In this document: piece by piece, positions 25,953-35,463 of the stretch
Layout of the letters: each line of letters opens with the position of its first letter
Position numbering within the stretch: the stretch's first letter is position 1
Virus record (IMG/VR): IMGVR_UViG_3300045988_122072
Span: 32,001-96,000 of that record
From: a virus
Length of the DNA stretch: 64,000 bases
Reading direction: 5' to 3' (one strand)
The notes under the pieces: model-generated
What the model was told of the DNA's origin: nothing
Seen by the model: the letters and a program-made list of their open reading frames with translations, nothing else
The model's database searches: none
Made by a program: the position numbers and the translations under genes

Positions 25953-26084
25953 ATGGAAAACAAAGAGTTACAAGAAGTGGTTGATGTAATACTTCAGGCG
26001 CTACTTGAAATGGAAGAAAGATTAAATAAGAAGTTCGATGAAATAGACAAGTGGTTCGACAAGTTTGAAGAAAAGTCAAAGTAA
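25953..26084 (+). CDS. 43-aa coiled-coil peptide
   Basis: Lies between promoter 25902-25929 and hairpin 26086-26105. Below the ORF-track cutoff. Confidence 0.4.
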   Translation: MENKELQEVVDVILQALLEMEERLNKKFDEIDKWFDKFEEKSK

Positions 26085-26085
26085 G

Positions 26086-26105
26086 CGAGGGGCATTTGCC
26101 CCTTG
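26086..26105 (+). terminator. terminator-like hairpin
   Basis: CGAGGGGC-attt-GCCCCTTG, with a weak T tract. Confidence 0.45.
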
Positions 26106-26138
26106 TCTTACGCAATACAAAATTAACGGAGGCATCTT

Positions 26139-26927
26139 ATGAAACTTTTACTTAGACAGTTTGGAGACGAATGCTACGTATGGAAAAATGCAGAAATGAA
26201 TGATGAAAAAACATTTATTGTAAATGGGAGAACTGTAAATCAGGGAAACGTCGTATCTATTTATAGAGACAATAGAAATAAATTCGTCAAATGTTCGCAT
26301 TGTGGCACTATTCTCAAGAACGCGGATGTGGAAATCAAGGAACATAGACTTAAAAGTACAACTTCTACAACATGTTTTGGATGCCCGAACTTAAGAACAT
26401 GTGAAGAAATTACAAAGTCGATTAAATATGTGTTGCAAGATGACGGTAAGTATATTGCAACGGTCAAAAGTGAAATGCAGCTCAAGTGCCGTCAGGGATG
26501 GGGCAGATTGTACGACATTAACTCCGAAGATGCAAGAACTGGTTGTAAATATAGGGGATGTATTGATGCAACGATGAAAAGCATTCAGGATATTTTCACA
26601 GAGTACCCCGGTATTTTTGATGACATTATTACCATTGACTGTATTCTGGATACAAATTTCGAAGACAGAACTTCACATAGAAACGGCATGACATATAAAC
26701 TCAAGGGAAGAGACAACATTGTGGCGGTTGTAAACAAGATTGGTATTGTTGACCATTTTAATATCAGTCGTTATTCGCACTGCTGGGATGTTGTATATTC
26801 AAAAAAGTATAATGAATTTTATAAAATTTGGAACGGTTTATATATTAAATGGAATCCAGATGACGAGGATATGCCGCACGGAACCTTGCAAAGAATCAAA
26901 GACAGAATTGCAAAGCTGTATGCTTAA
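26139..26927 (+). CDS. hypothetical protein (262 aa)
   Basis: CGGAGG SD directly after the leader box. Confidence 0.75.
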   Translation: MKLLLRQFGDECYVWKNAEMNDEKTFIVNGRTVNQGNVVSIYRDNRNKFVKCSHCGTILKNADVEIKEHRLKSTTSTTCFGCPNLRTCEEITKSIKYVLQDDGKYIATVKSEMQLKCRQGWGRLYDINSEDARTGCKYRGCIDATMKSIQDIFTEYPGIFDDIITIDCILDTNFEDRTSHRNGMTYKLKGRDNIVAVVNKIGIVDHFNISRYSHCWDVVYSKKYNEFYKIWNGLYIKWNPDDEDMPHGTLQRIKDRIAKLYA

Positions 26928-26942
26928 AGGAGGACATAAATT

Positions 26943-28484
26943 ATGGCAAGATACAATGTTGGTGATCGCGTAGTTGTAAGAGAAGGCCTGGGGACTCGTT
27001 CCAGTAATTATGCATATGGATATGGCGACGGGATGGAGCAATATAATGGGCGGACTGTTACGATTGCAAGTTCCAGTGGAAATCAATACCGTATTGAAGA
27101 AGACAACCGTCGGTATTTTTGGGGTGATTCTGATTTTGTTGGTTTAGCAGATGGCTCTAGTGTTCCAGTAGCTCAGCACGCCACTTTCACAAAGGCAAAT
27201 CTGAAAGAAGCATGGGGTCAGTATTGTGACACCGACAAACTCGTTGATGATGTGATGACATTGCTCACTAAGTATAATCACAGAAATAGTGAGCACGGCG
27301 TTTGCACTATGCTTAATGAATACTTCACCAACAAGAAAGACTTGATTGAGCTGTTACAGAAATCTGAGCATTACATGGGAGATATGCGCATGATGATTGA
27401 CATTGAACTTGCAAGAGAAAATAATGCAAGGGACATTTGTGATTTCTGTGATAATTTCTATGTCAATGTAGGTGCAAGTAAACTGTTACTAAAGTACGAA
27501 GATGAGAACGGAAAGAAACTTGAGGATTATCTTAGAACTGGAGTAAAGTACATTACGGCAAAAGATTTGATGAAGCGCGAAGTAGTTTCCAAGTTGAAGA
27601 AAATAACGGATGTACAAAGTAAGTTCGCAGATGATGGGGCAACGATTGCATCTCATGCAAATGAAGATGAATGCTACAATGTGGTACGTAAATTTAGAGG
27701 GGTAAGTCTTTCTACTATTAGCAAAGAATTTTCTGATAGCATGGACGAGAAATATAAAGTAAGAGAAGGTATGAAAACCAGCCGCGCCTTTAACCGCGTG
27801 TGTGGCTTTTATGGAGTAGATAAATTACCTGAATATAACAAACTCTTTGCTCAGTATGCAGACATGGTGAGCAGTCTTAAGCGAAAGCTAAAGTTCTTCA
27901 TCAGTGTGAATCCTATTGACTACTTAACTATGAGTTTTGGCGTAAACTGGGCGAGTTGTCATACGATTGATAAAGAGAATCGTAGACATATAGAAAATAG
28001 TTATCATGGTATGTACTGCGCAGGTACTGTGAGCTATATGCTTGATGCAACATCGATTATCACATTTGTCCATGACCATGTACCCACTGACTGGGAAGAC
28101 GGTAAGATTTATCGCTGCATGTTCCATTATGGACAAAACATTCTTGTGCAAGGACGTGTCTATCCACAAGGGAATGATGGTAATACAGATTTGTACAAAG
28201 TATTCCGTAATTATGTTCAGAATGAGATTACGCCGCTGATTGGGATTACTGATACTACGTGGACGAAAAAGACAAGTGGAGATGTTGCATGTAATGTTAG
28301 CTCTTGCGGGTTGCATTATAAAGATTATGTTCAATTTAGTTATTGTAATGTGTCTTATCCAAGAGAAAGAAGTTTGGCAAAAGACAACGTGATTATGATT
28401 GGTCATACTGGCATCTGTCCTTATTGTGGAAGGGAATTTAGTGCAGATAAGGGAGCAATTAGCCATGCAAATTGTGTAATTTGA
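26943..28484 (+). CDS. large protein of unknown function, paralogue B
   Basis: 513 aa. NPIDYLTMSFGVNWASCHTIDK...GMYCAGTVSYMLD...LVQGRVYPQGNDGN align with the 21793-23607 product. Confidence 0.8.
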   Translation: MARYNVGDRVVVREGLGTRSSNYAYGYGDGMEQYNGRTVTIASSSGNQYRIEEDNRRYFWGDSDFVGLADGSSVPVAQHATFTKANLKEAWGQYCDTDKLVDDVMTLLTKYNHRNSEHGVCTMLNEYFTNKKDLIELLQKSEHYMGDMRMMIDIELARENNARDICDFCDNFYVNVGASKLLLKYEDENGKKLEDYLRTGVKYITAKDLMKREVVSKLKKITDVQSKFADDGATIASHANEDECYNVVRKFRGVSLSTISKEFSDSMDEKYKVREGMKTSRAFNRVCGFYGVDKLPEYNKLFAQYADMVSSLKRKLKFFISVNPIDYLTMSFGVNWASCHTIDKENRRHIENSYHGMYCAGTVSYMLDATSIITFVHDHVPTDWEDGKIYRCMFHYGQNILVQGRVYPQGNDGNTDLYKVFRNYVQNEITPLIGITDTTWTKKTSGDVACNVSSCGLHYKDYVQFSYCNVSYPRERSLAKDNVIMIGHTGICPYCGREFSADKGAISHANCVI

Positions 28485-28499
28485 AAGGAGAAAGAATAA

Positions 28500-28655
28500 A
28501 TGTCATACAACATGCTGGATATGGAACTTGATTATAAGGATCAGATTAAGTATCTTGAGTCCGAAGTCAAAAGGCTGAAAGCAAAGTGCGATAGGCTTAT
28601 CCGAGAGAATAGAGAATTGAAAGGAGATAACAATGAGAGATCCAAAGAGAATTGA
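28500..28655 (+). CDS. 51-aa coiled-coil peptide
   Basis: AAAGGAGA SD 7 nt upstream. Below the ORF-track cutoff. Confidence 0.45.
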   Translation: MSYNMLDMELDYKDQIKYLESEVKRLKAKCDRLIRENRELKGDNNERSKEN

Positions 28656-28815
28656 CAAGTTTTGTAATATGCTCAAGGCATACTTGTATACGGGTGACGA
28701 CCGGAGGGCTATGCAGTTAGTGTGTAATCTTCAGGCACAGATTGAAAGTGATGGATTCTATCTGGAAGACGATAAGGCAATGGAACTGATTGGGCAGATG
28801 TTAAAAGGAGAATAA
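28633..28815 (+). CDS. hypothetical protein (60 aa)
   Basis: AAAGGAGA SD. Confidence 0.55.
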   Translation: MRDPKRIDKFCNMLKAYLYTGDDRRAMQLVCNLQAQIESDGFYLEDDKAMELIGQMLKGE

Positions 28816-28816
28816 A

Positions 28817-29149
28817 ATGCTGATTAATTATAACAATAATGAAACTAATCATGTAAAGTTTGTTTCTTATACTGGGAAATATCCAAATCTTTGCACTGGA
28901 GATTTAACACTTGAAATTGATGGAGAGATTGCAACGTTTGGCTATGGCTTTGAGTCTAAAGAGAAACCGAAATACCATCGGTTTTGGAGTAGCGGCGGTG
29001 GTCTAAATCCCAATTATGAGGGAGCGTGGCAAGGCGAATGGAAAATTGATATTAATGATATTCCCGAACAGTTCCGTAAATATGCAACGGAAATTAATGA
29101 AGTGTTCAATGATAACGTTGAGTGGGGATGTTGTGGAGGATGTATCTAA
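28817..29149 (+). CDS. hypothetical protein (110 aa)
   Basis: AAAGGAGA SD. Confidence 0.7.
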   Translation: MLINYNNNETNHVKFVSYTGKYPNLCTGDLTLEIDGEIATFGYGFESKEKPKYHRFWSSGGGLNPNYEGAWQGEWKIDINDIPEQFRKYATEINEVFNDNVEWGCCGGCI

Positions 29150-29179
29150 AACGATACAAAATTAAAGGAGGATTTCATT

Positions 29180-29608
29180 ATGGGTAACAGAGCTGTAATC
29201 ACTACGAGGGAGAACTTTAATAACGATGGAGTAGGTGTATACCTGCACTGGAACGGAGGTCGAGATAGTGTACAAGCATTCTTAACCTATTGCAAAATGA
29301 AAGGATATAGAGAGCCGACAAGTGATAATTATGGGTGGGCAAGACTCTGCCAGGTGATTGGAAACTTCTTTGGCGGGGAACTTTCTATTGGGATTGATAA
29401 GTGTAGTCATCTTGACTATGATAACTACGATAACGGAACTTATATCATTGATGGGTGGGACATTGTAGACAGAGAATATTTTAATGAAAACGAGCAGTAT
29501 AATTACGACTTGTATGGAATGCTTTGCGACATTGATGATGCACAGCCAACAAGAGAACAGCTTGGCGCAAATAAAATTAAAGAGATGATTAATAAAGGAG
29601 GATTTTAA
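29180..29608 (+). CDS. hypothetical protein (142 aa)
   Basis: Leader box fused to AAAGGAGGA SD. Confidence 0.7.
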   Translation: MGNRAVITTRENFNNDGVGVYLHWNGGRDSVQAFLTYCKMKGYREPTSDNYGWARLCQVIGNFFGGELSIGIDKCSHLDYDNYDNGTYIIDGWDIVDREYFNENEQYNYDLYGMLCDIDDAQPTREQLGANKIKEMINKGGF

Positions 29609-29609
29609 T

Positions 29610-30203
29610 ATGGGACAGAGGCTTGTAGTAACAGTAAAAAGTACAGGAGAAGATTTATGTAAAATGTATTTTCATTGGAGTGCATACACAATCTCAGCTC
29701 TAATTGAAGTGAGAGATATGATGGCTGAGTTTCAAATGGAAACAAATAGTAAAGAAGATGCAATTCTTTACTTCATCAGATATTGTGAAGAGTATGGTGG
29801 AGGTATTGATGGTGGTATGGACGGCAAGGAATGGAATTATATCACCAATAAGTATCCGCATTATAAGTTCAAAAGCGAAAACATTAACAGAAATAGAGGG
29901 TTGATTGCAATTTCTGAAGATGGGATGGATGAAATGCAAAGTTGGAGCGAGGGAGATATTTATATCAATCTTGATGAAATGACTGTGCATAATGAACTTT
30001 TCTGGTATTATGACGATATTGATGAATATAATCGAGAGCTGGCAGACCGAGAAGATGAATCTATTACGCTGGACAAAATTCCAGAAGTAGGAGAGATTTG
30101 TGATTTTGATCTTGAAGATATTGACGATGTAATTGCAAATCTTGAAGATATTCCAGGTCATGTTTGTCGTAATGGAAATGAAATTTATGAACTGATTGCT
30201 TAA
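29610..30203 (+). CDS. hypothetical protein (197 aa), possibly distant paralogue of 29180-29608
   Basis: AAAGGAGGA SD. The N-termini MG-R-V-T...(Y/F)HW are similar. Confidence 0.7.
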   Translation: MGQRLVVTVKSTGEDLCKMYFHWSAYTISALIEVRDMMAEFQMETNSKEDAILYFIRYCEEYGGGIDGGMDGKEWNYITNKYPHYKFKSENINRNRGLIAISEDGMDEMQSWSEGDIYINLDEMTVHNELFWYYDDIDEYNRELADREDESITLDKIPEVGEICDFDLEDIDDVIANLEDIPGHVCRNGNEIYELIA

Positions 30204-30216
30204 GGAGGATTTAAAA

Positions 30217-30690
30217 ATGAATAATCAATATGAAGTAACTGCTACTGCTATCAAACAGGCAGAAGAAGCATTAGAAACATTAAAAGATTTTTCAGAAAGT
30301 CAATATAAGGCAAAAGGCAAAACAATGATGGAACAAATTATTGATTATATCACTCGTACGCTATCCAACGCAGATTATATGTTTTGTGGTTGTAAGCATT
30401 ATCATCTTGCATTAAGCAATACTAGAAAACAATTCACTTTTTATATTTATGATAATAGTGCGATTGGTTCTGGTTATCCAGTCTTTTCAATTACGACTAA
30501 TGGAGAGGTAAAAAATGTTTGCACCTTAAGCGAATGGATGATACTTACTCTTGTAAAAGAATGGGGAGAATTCAAAAAAGAACTCGACTTTTCAATTAAG
30601 ACAACAATGAAAATGCGTACAAAAAGTATTAATGATCGACTTGCTCATATTGGATATGTAAATGAGCAGTTATCAAAATGGCATGTATAA
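30217..30690 (+). CDS. hypothetical protein (157 aa)
   Basis: AAGGAGGA SD 8 nt before ATG 30217. Confidence 0.7.
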   Translation: MNNQYEVTATAIKQAEEALETLKDFSESQYKAKGKTMMEQIIDYITRTLSNADYMFCGCKHYHLALSNTRKQFTFYIYDNSAIGSGYPVFSITTNGEVKNVCTLSEWMILTLVKEWGEFKKELDFSIKTTMKMRTKSINDRLAHIGYVNEQLSKWHV

Positions 30691-30712
30691 ATAATTAAAG
30701 GAGGATTTTATT

Positions 30713-31099
30713 ATGAAAGAAATTAAAAAGGAAACTATTGTATATCAAGCATGTGATGGGAAAGAGTTTGTGAATAAAAATGATTGTATGGAATATGAAG
30801 CAAAAGTATTTAAGGATATTAATTTAAAACATTTTGATATTAATATTCCATATGGAGATGATGGATTATATAGCTGGATTGTTTACAAGGTAAATTCTGA
30901 AAATGAGTTTAATATGTTACACGCATATCTTGATTATAACTATGATGATATCTATGGCATTGATGGATATGAAGGAAATGGTTGGTACATTGTACAGGAA
31001 TCTGAATTTGCATGGGCAGATTTACGTCTTATGAATGATGTTGTAAGAGATTTTACAAATATGCTTGCAGAAATTGCAGAAAACACTTTGAAATTTTAA
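30713..31099 (+). CDS. hypothetical protein (128 aa)
   Basis: AAAGGAGGA SD. Confidence 0.7.
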   Translation: MKEIKKETIVYQACDGKEFVNKNDCMEYEAKVFKDINLKHFDINIPYGDDGLYSWIVYKVNSENEFNMLHAYLDYNYDDIYGIDGYEGNGWYIVQESEFAWADLRLMNDVVRDFTNMLAEIAENTLKF

Positions 31100-31111
31100 G
31101 GAGGAAATCAA

Positions 31112-31378
31112 ATGGATAAGATTAAAATTGACCTTGGATTTGCAACATTAGTTGCCGAAAAGGGAATTGATAATAACTATCGTGAAATATATCTCAGTCT
31201 TGAAGATAAAAACGGTGTATGGCTGCAAGACCTTGCGATTGTTGGACAGCAATATCATTATGACGCAAATGATGGTATTGTACATGACAAGGGAATTGAC
31301 GTAAAAGTATATACGGACTGTGGCAATGAAGATTTCACAGAGGAATTTGAAATTGATGTCTATGAGGAGGAAAATTAA
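31112..31378 (+). CDS. hypothetical protein (88 aa)
   Basis: AAGGAGGA SD. Confidence 0.7.
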   Translation: MDKIKIDLGFATLVAEKGIDNNYREIYLSLEDKNGVWLQDLAIVGQQYHYDANDGIVHDKGIDVKVYTDCGNEDFTEEFEIDVYEEEN

Positions 31379-31723
31379 ATGACTCGTAAAAAGTATTACA
31401 AACTCGTTAATGAATTTTTCCGCATTAAAAATTGGGAGGAAACTTTGGACAAGTATCCAAAAATGTTTAATGCAATTTGCATTTATTGCTTTAAGCTTCC
31501 AAAGAGAGTTCGCAAAGACCTGTTCACAAATCTTGTACAGGGAAATTGGATTCATCTTTGGGAAACGGATGAAGAAAAAGAAATGAACATTGTAGAATTG
31601 TGTAATGACCTTAGAACAGAAGTATTTTATTGCAGCGACAGAATGTCTTGGGACAGACTTTGCCGGATTCATTGGTATTGGCAGAGAATCCAAGATAGAT
31701 TGCGAATGCAGAACAAGGCGTAG
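31379..31723 (+). CDS. hypothetical protein (114 aa)
   Basis: GAGGAGG SD. Confidence 0.65.
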   Translation: MTRKKYYKLVNEFFRIKNWEETLDKYPKMFNAICIYCFKLPKRVRKDLFTNLVQGNWIHLWETDEEKEMNIVELCNDLRTEVFYCSDRMSWDRLCRIHWYWQRIQDRLRMQNKA

Positions 31724-31743
31724 AGAAATCTGCGTCTTTTCTA

Positions 31744-31771
31744 TTGACAGAATACAAAATTAATGTATAAT
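31744..31771 (+). promoter_or_regulatory. sigma-A type promoter with leader box in the spacer
   Basis: TTGACAgaatACAAAATTAAtgTATAAT. Confidence 0.6.
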
Positions 31772-31788
31772 TAGAAAGGAAGAAAATT

Positions 31789-32484
31789 ATGGAAAAGAAA
31801 ACAAGAGAAGAATTAAAGGCATTAAGTTATGCTGAAAAGATTGATTATTATGCGCACATTAACGATTTGATTTCTGTTAACAATGGAAATCACAAAACAG
31901 GTATTGGTTGCTTAACAATGTCTATGCCAGTACTTACCTGTAGACCTGACGCTCCATGTCGCAACAACGGAATTTGTTATTGTATGCGTGGACATCAAGC
32001 ATATCCAAGTGTGTGTGGGGCATATCATAGGAACTGGAGATTGTGGACTGAGAATCCAGATAAATTTGAAGAACAGCTAAATGCAATTTTGACTTTTTCT
32101 GGAGTTGGAATGTTTCGATACAATGATGCAGGAGAAATTCCAGATTCAAGATTCCTTGCAATGATGTGTCGTGTTGCAGAAAAACATCCAGAAGTTATTT
32201 TTCTTGCATATACGAAGAAATATGAAATGATTAATAGTTTTCTTGATAATGGAAATGAGATTCCAAAGAATTTAACAATTAGATTTTCTGCATGGGATAA
32301 AAGCTGGAATGTTCCAAATCCGTATAATCTTCCTATGGCGTATGTCGATTTTAAGAAAAATGAAAATAATCCAGATATTCCAAACAACACATTTATGTGT
32401 CCTGGTAATGGAAAAACTACTTGTTCGGCATGTAAAGTATGTTGGCGCAAGAACGTAAAATCAGTAGTATTTAAACAACATTAA
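31789..32484 (+). CDS. Cys-rich protein, possibly GP88-like
   Basis: 231 aa. KTGIGCLTMSMPVLTCRPDAPCRNNGICYC recalls the phage GP88 family from memory; not searched. Confidence 0.7.
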   Translation: MEKKTREELKALSYAEKIDYYAHINDLISVNNGNHKTGIGCLTMSMPVLTCRPDAPCRNNGICYCMRGHQAYPSVCGAYHRNWRLWTENPDKFEEQLNAILTFSGVGMFRYNDAGEIPDSRFLAMMCRVAEKHPEVIFLAYTKKYEMINSFLDNGNEIPKNLTIRFSAWDKSWNVPNPYNLPMAYVDFKKNENNPDIPNNTFMCPGNGKTTCSACKVCWRKNVKSVVFKQH

Positions 32485-32595
32485 ACAATACAAAATTAAT
32501 ATAAGGATGTGATATTTATGATTATTTGTAAACAATGTTTTAAAGGAGATGAACCGCGCAAGAAGGAAACAACACAAAATTAAGGAGGAACGAAA

Positions 32596-33348
32596 ATGAA
32601 AATATTTGCAGTATCAGATATTCATTCGTTTTATACGCCTATGAAAGAAGCGCTTGATAAAGCTGGATTTGAGTCTGGGAATGAGCAACAGTTGCTAGTG
32701 ATTTGTGGAGATTGCTTTGATAGGGGCAATGAAAGTCAACAGGTTTTAGACTATTTAATGAATGTACCAAATAAGGTACTTGTCAAAGGCAATCACGAGA
32801 GCCTTTTCGAAGAGTTTTGTCAGCGCCGCTATCCTATGTCTCATGACTGGTCAAATGGTACGGCAAAAACTATTATGGATTTGGCTCCAGAAGCAAAAAA
32901 CTGGGATGTCGCTTGCATGGTTGCAATTGAAAAGATGAAGCCGCTGCTAGATCAAATGGTTGATTACTATGAAACAGAAAACTATATATTCGTGCATAGC
33001 TTCGTTGCCCTAAAGTGCAATGATAATTATCCTGTATATTATACAAGAAATAGAAAGTTTGAGTATGATCCAGATTGGAGAACGGCTCACGCTTCTGCTT
33101 GGGAAACTGCCAGATGGGGAAATCCACTTGATCTTGCAATGAAAGGGCTAAACAAAACAGGGAAAACAATCATAGCGGGTCACTGGCACTGTTCGACTGG
33201 CTGGGCAATGGAAGCTGGTATCCCTGAGTTTGGATATGGTTCATGTTTTGAACCGTATTATTACAAGGATGAGCTAATTATGATTGATGCTTGTACAGCT
33301 TACACGCACAAAGTAAATATACTTGTGATTGAAGATAATTTAATTTGA
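32596..33348 (+). CDS. PPP-family metallophosphatase (lambda phosphatase/ApaH-like)
   Basis: VSDIH, GDCFDRG, GNHE and GHWH motifs in canonical order. Confidence 0.8.
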   Translation: MKIFAVSDIHSFYTPMKEALDKAGFESGNEQQLLVICGDCFDRGNESQQVLDYLMNVPNKVLVKGNHESLFEEFCQRRYPMSHDWSNGTAKTIMDLAPEAKNWDVACMVAIEKMKPLLDQMVDYYETENYIFVHSFVALKCNDNYPVYYTRNRKFEYDPDWRTAHASAWETARWGNPLDLAMKGLNKTGKTIIAGHWHCSTGWAMEAGIPEFGYGSCFEPYYYKDELIMIDACTAYTHKVNILVIEDNLI

Positions 33349-33361
33349 AAGGAAATTAATT

Positions 33362-33736
33362 ATGAAAAACTGGTGGAAGAATCCTGTACTACAGGGAGAA
33401 GACAATGATTATGGTCAGTATGATTATCTTATTGAAGAGCTTCCACATGACGAAGCCAATTGGGAATGGTATTACAGAAAGTGTGATGCTTGCGGGAAAT
33501 ATCATAGGTTGAATTTTTATTCTAACCATTACTTTTACACGTATGACGGTTGGGATTCGTTTGATTATACTGATTGTTGGAAGTGCAGATTTGAGAATAA
33601 GGTTTGGGGAATCAAGAATAAAATTAAAAAGGAAATTAAAGCTCATAAGCTGGCGTTTTCTCTGCTAAATAGAAAACATTCTGTTAAGAGAAATCTTGAG
33701 TATTATAAACTTGGGCTTAAAATTGGTAGAAATTGA
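33362..33736 (+). CDS. hypothetical protein (124 aa)
   Basis: GAAAGGAA SD. Confidence 0.65.
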   Translation: MKNWWKNPVLQGEDNDYGQYDYLIEELPHDEANWEWYYRKCDACGKYHRLNFYSNHYFYTYDGWDSFDYTDCWKCRFENKVWGIKNKIKKEIKAHKLAFSLLNRKHSVKRNLEYYKLGLKIGRN

Positions 33737-33762
33737 GACTCGTGAATAACGGGTCTCTTTTT
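33735..33762 (+). terminator. rho-independent terminator
   Basis: GAGACTCG-tgaataa-CGGGTCTC, then TTTTT. Confidence 0.8.
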
Positions 33763-33781
33763 AATTGAAAGGAGATTAATT

Positions 33782-34303
33782 ATGCAACATATTATCAAAA
33801 AAGGATATAAGTTATTTGAAATGAGGGATGACAATAAGTTATTCCCTCTTTTTATTTCTAAGACTACAGAAACACCAATGCATGAATGGGTTATGGCGGA
33901 AATAGTTGAATATCACCCTCAGTTTGCACATCGTCCGGGGTGGCATTTGGGTGCGGTAATTCCCTCTGCTCCATGGCTTATGTCTGCAAATGGAACTTAT
34001 AAAAGCCAAAGAGGAAAACGCTTCAAGAGAGTTTGGTGCGAAGTAGAATATGTGGCAGATATTGATTATACAGAAATTGTAGAAAAGCTTCCTAAGAAAT
34101 GTTTTACAGATAGATTACCTGATAATGGATTTTATAAATTCAGAGAATCTGGAAATAGACTCTGGGTTATTGCTGATAGAATCAGGATTACAAGAATTAT
34201 TAGTGAAGATGAAAGACAGAACATTTTGGTATCTATGAATTATAACGAAGCAGAAGCATTTGAACCTTATCGTAAGGCAATGAAAAAGAGGATGGCGAGT
34301 TGA
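33782..34303 (+). CDS. hypothetical protein (173 aa)
   Basis: AAAGGAGA SD. Confidence 0.7.
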   Translation: MQHIIKKGYKLFEMRDDNKLFPLFISKTTETPMHEWVMAEIVEYHPQFAHRPGWHLGAVIPSAPWLMSANGTYKSQRGKRFKRVWCEVEYVADIDYTEIVEKLPKKCFTDRLPDNGFYKFRESGNRLWVIADRIRITRIISEDERQNILVSMNYNEAEAFEPYRKAMKKRMAS

Positions 34304-34322
34304 CAAAATATTCTCAAAATTC

Positions 34323-34351
34323 TTGACAAAACAAAATTAATGTGGTAAGAT
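34323..34351 (+). promoter_or_regulatory. sigma-A type promoter with leader box in the spacer
   Basis: TTGACAaaACAAAATTAAtgTGgTAAGAT (17-nt spacer). A second TTGACA lies at 34299. Confidence 0.5.
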
Positions 34352-34378
34352 TATCATAGAAAGGAAAGGATGGTTTGG

Positions 34379-34603
34379 ATGAAAACGTTATACGGATGTG
34401 AATCTGAAAACTGTGCAGCTTATTGTAAATTGCATGGGTGTTGTATGACGGTAAAGCAAATTAGGACAAAGAATTGTTTACAAAAGCAGTGTCATTATTT
34501 AGAAAAGATTGAAACACATGATTGGTGGAGGCAGAGAGCGGTCACAAAGCAAAGACGCATTGATAGAAAAGAAAAATTATATGGAGGTATCAAAAATGTA
34601 TAA
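34379..34603 (+). CDS. Cys-rich small protein (74 aa)
   Basis: ATG 34379 (alternative 34370) after GAAAGGAAAGG. Confidence 0.6.
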   Translation: MKTLYGCESENCAAYCKLHGCCMTVKQIRTKNCLQKQCHYLEKIETHDWWRQRAVTKQRRIDRKEKLYGGIKNV

Positions 34604-35018
34604 AAAGGTAAAGTATAATGGAGAACCTGCATTTGTATACTATAACGCAAATCCAAAAGAAAAAAATACTGATGATTGTGTAATTAGAGCAATCGCAGCA
34701 GCAGAGGGAAGAGAATGGGTGGACGTGTTAAAGCAACTGACTGATTATGCAATTAAAACTGGGTATATGACAACAGCTGTAGAAAATTATACCATATATT
34801 TTAAGGAAAACGGCTGGACAGAAAAATCACAGCCAAAGAAAGCGAATGGTAAAAAATATAAGGCATATGAATTTGCAAAAATTTATAACGGGAGATGTCT
34901 TGCTCATGTTGGAGTGCACCACATGAGCTATTTGTGTGATCATAGCTGGTACGATTCTTGGAACTGTACGGAAGGCGTCGTAGGGAAATATTGGGTTTAT
35001 GAAGGAGAGATTAAATGA
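34596..35018 (+). CDS. hypothetical protein (140 aa), possible papain-like Cys/His fold
   Basis: GGAGG SD 8 nt before ATG 34596. DDCVIRAIA ... AHVGVHHMSY suggests a Cys/His pair (weak). Confidence 0.65.
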   Translation: MYKKVKYNGEPAFVYYNANPKEKNTDDCVIRAIAAAEGREWVDVLKQLTDYAIKTGYMTTAVENYTIYFKENGWTEKSQPKKANGKKYKAYEFAKIYNGRCLAHVGVHHMSYLCDHSWYDSWNCTEGVVGKYWVYEGEIK

Positions 35019-35446
35019 GCTATGCTAATCAGAATTTTAATGAATGGCTTGCAGATAAGCAATTGAGCGGAAGATACAAGACAAAATTATATCTTGATGG
35101 TGATATAGAATGTCAAGCAGATCATAAAATCTATCATCTGAAAGGAATATATTATGTTGATTCAATGTATAATAATGGCGTTTACAGCTGCGTTAATGAA
35201 GATGGGATTGGAATAAGTGCAAAGCATAAAGATTTGGTTAGAATTGTTAAGCAAGTATATAACCAAAAGGATGTAGACAATTGGGTTAAATCTTCACGAG
35301 ATAAAAATCAGTATGTAGATACTTTCAACGGAACGCTTTGGTATATCGTATTGATGATTTTAGTAAGCTTATTTACTGGAAGGATTGTAGGCTGGATATT
35401 CATTACGATTGTATATTTTATATGGAAATATCAAAAACATAATTAA
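35015..35446 (+). CDS. hypothetical membrane-anchored protein (143 aa)
   Basis: C-terminal TM segment WYIVLMILVSLFTGRIVGWIFITIVYFIW. Confidence 0.7.
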   Translation: MSYANQNFNEWLADKQLSGRYKTKLYLDGDIECQADHKIYHLKGIYYVDSMYNNGVYSCVNEDGIGISAKHKDLVRIVKQVYNQKDVDNWVKSSRDKNQYVDTFNGTLWYIVLMILVSLFTGRIVGWIFITIVYFIWKYQKHN

Positions 35447-35463
35447 TATTAAGGAGGTAAATT

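Noticed and set aside
22957-28466. A series of 180-216-aa minus-strand ORFs (22957-23502, 23917-24558, 25465-26115, 27924-28466).
   Set aside because: All are antisense to well-supported plus-strand genes. They lack SD sites, and their products are low-complexity and hydrophobic.
31148-32450. Minus-strand ORFs 31148-31693 (181 aa) and 32025-32450 (141 aa).
   Set aside because: They are antisense to tightly packed plus-strand genes with strong SDs.
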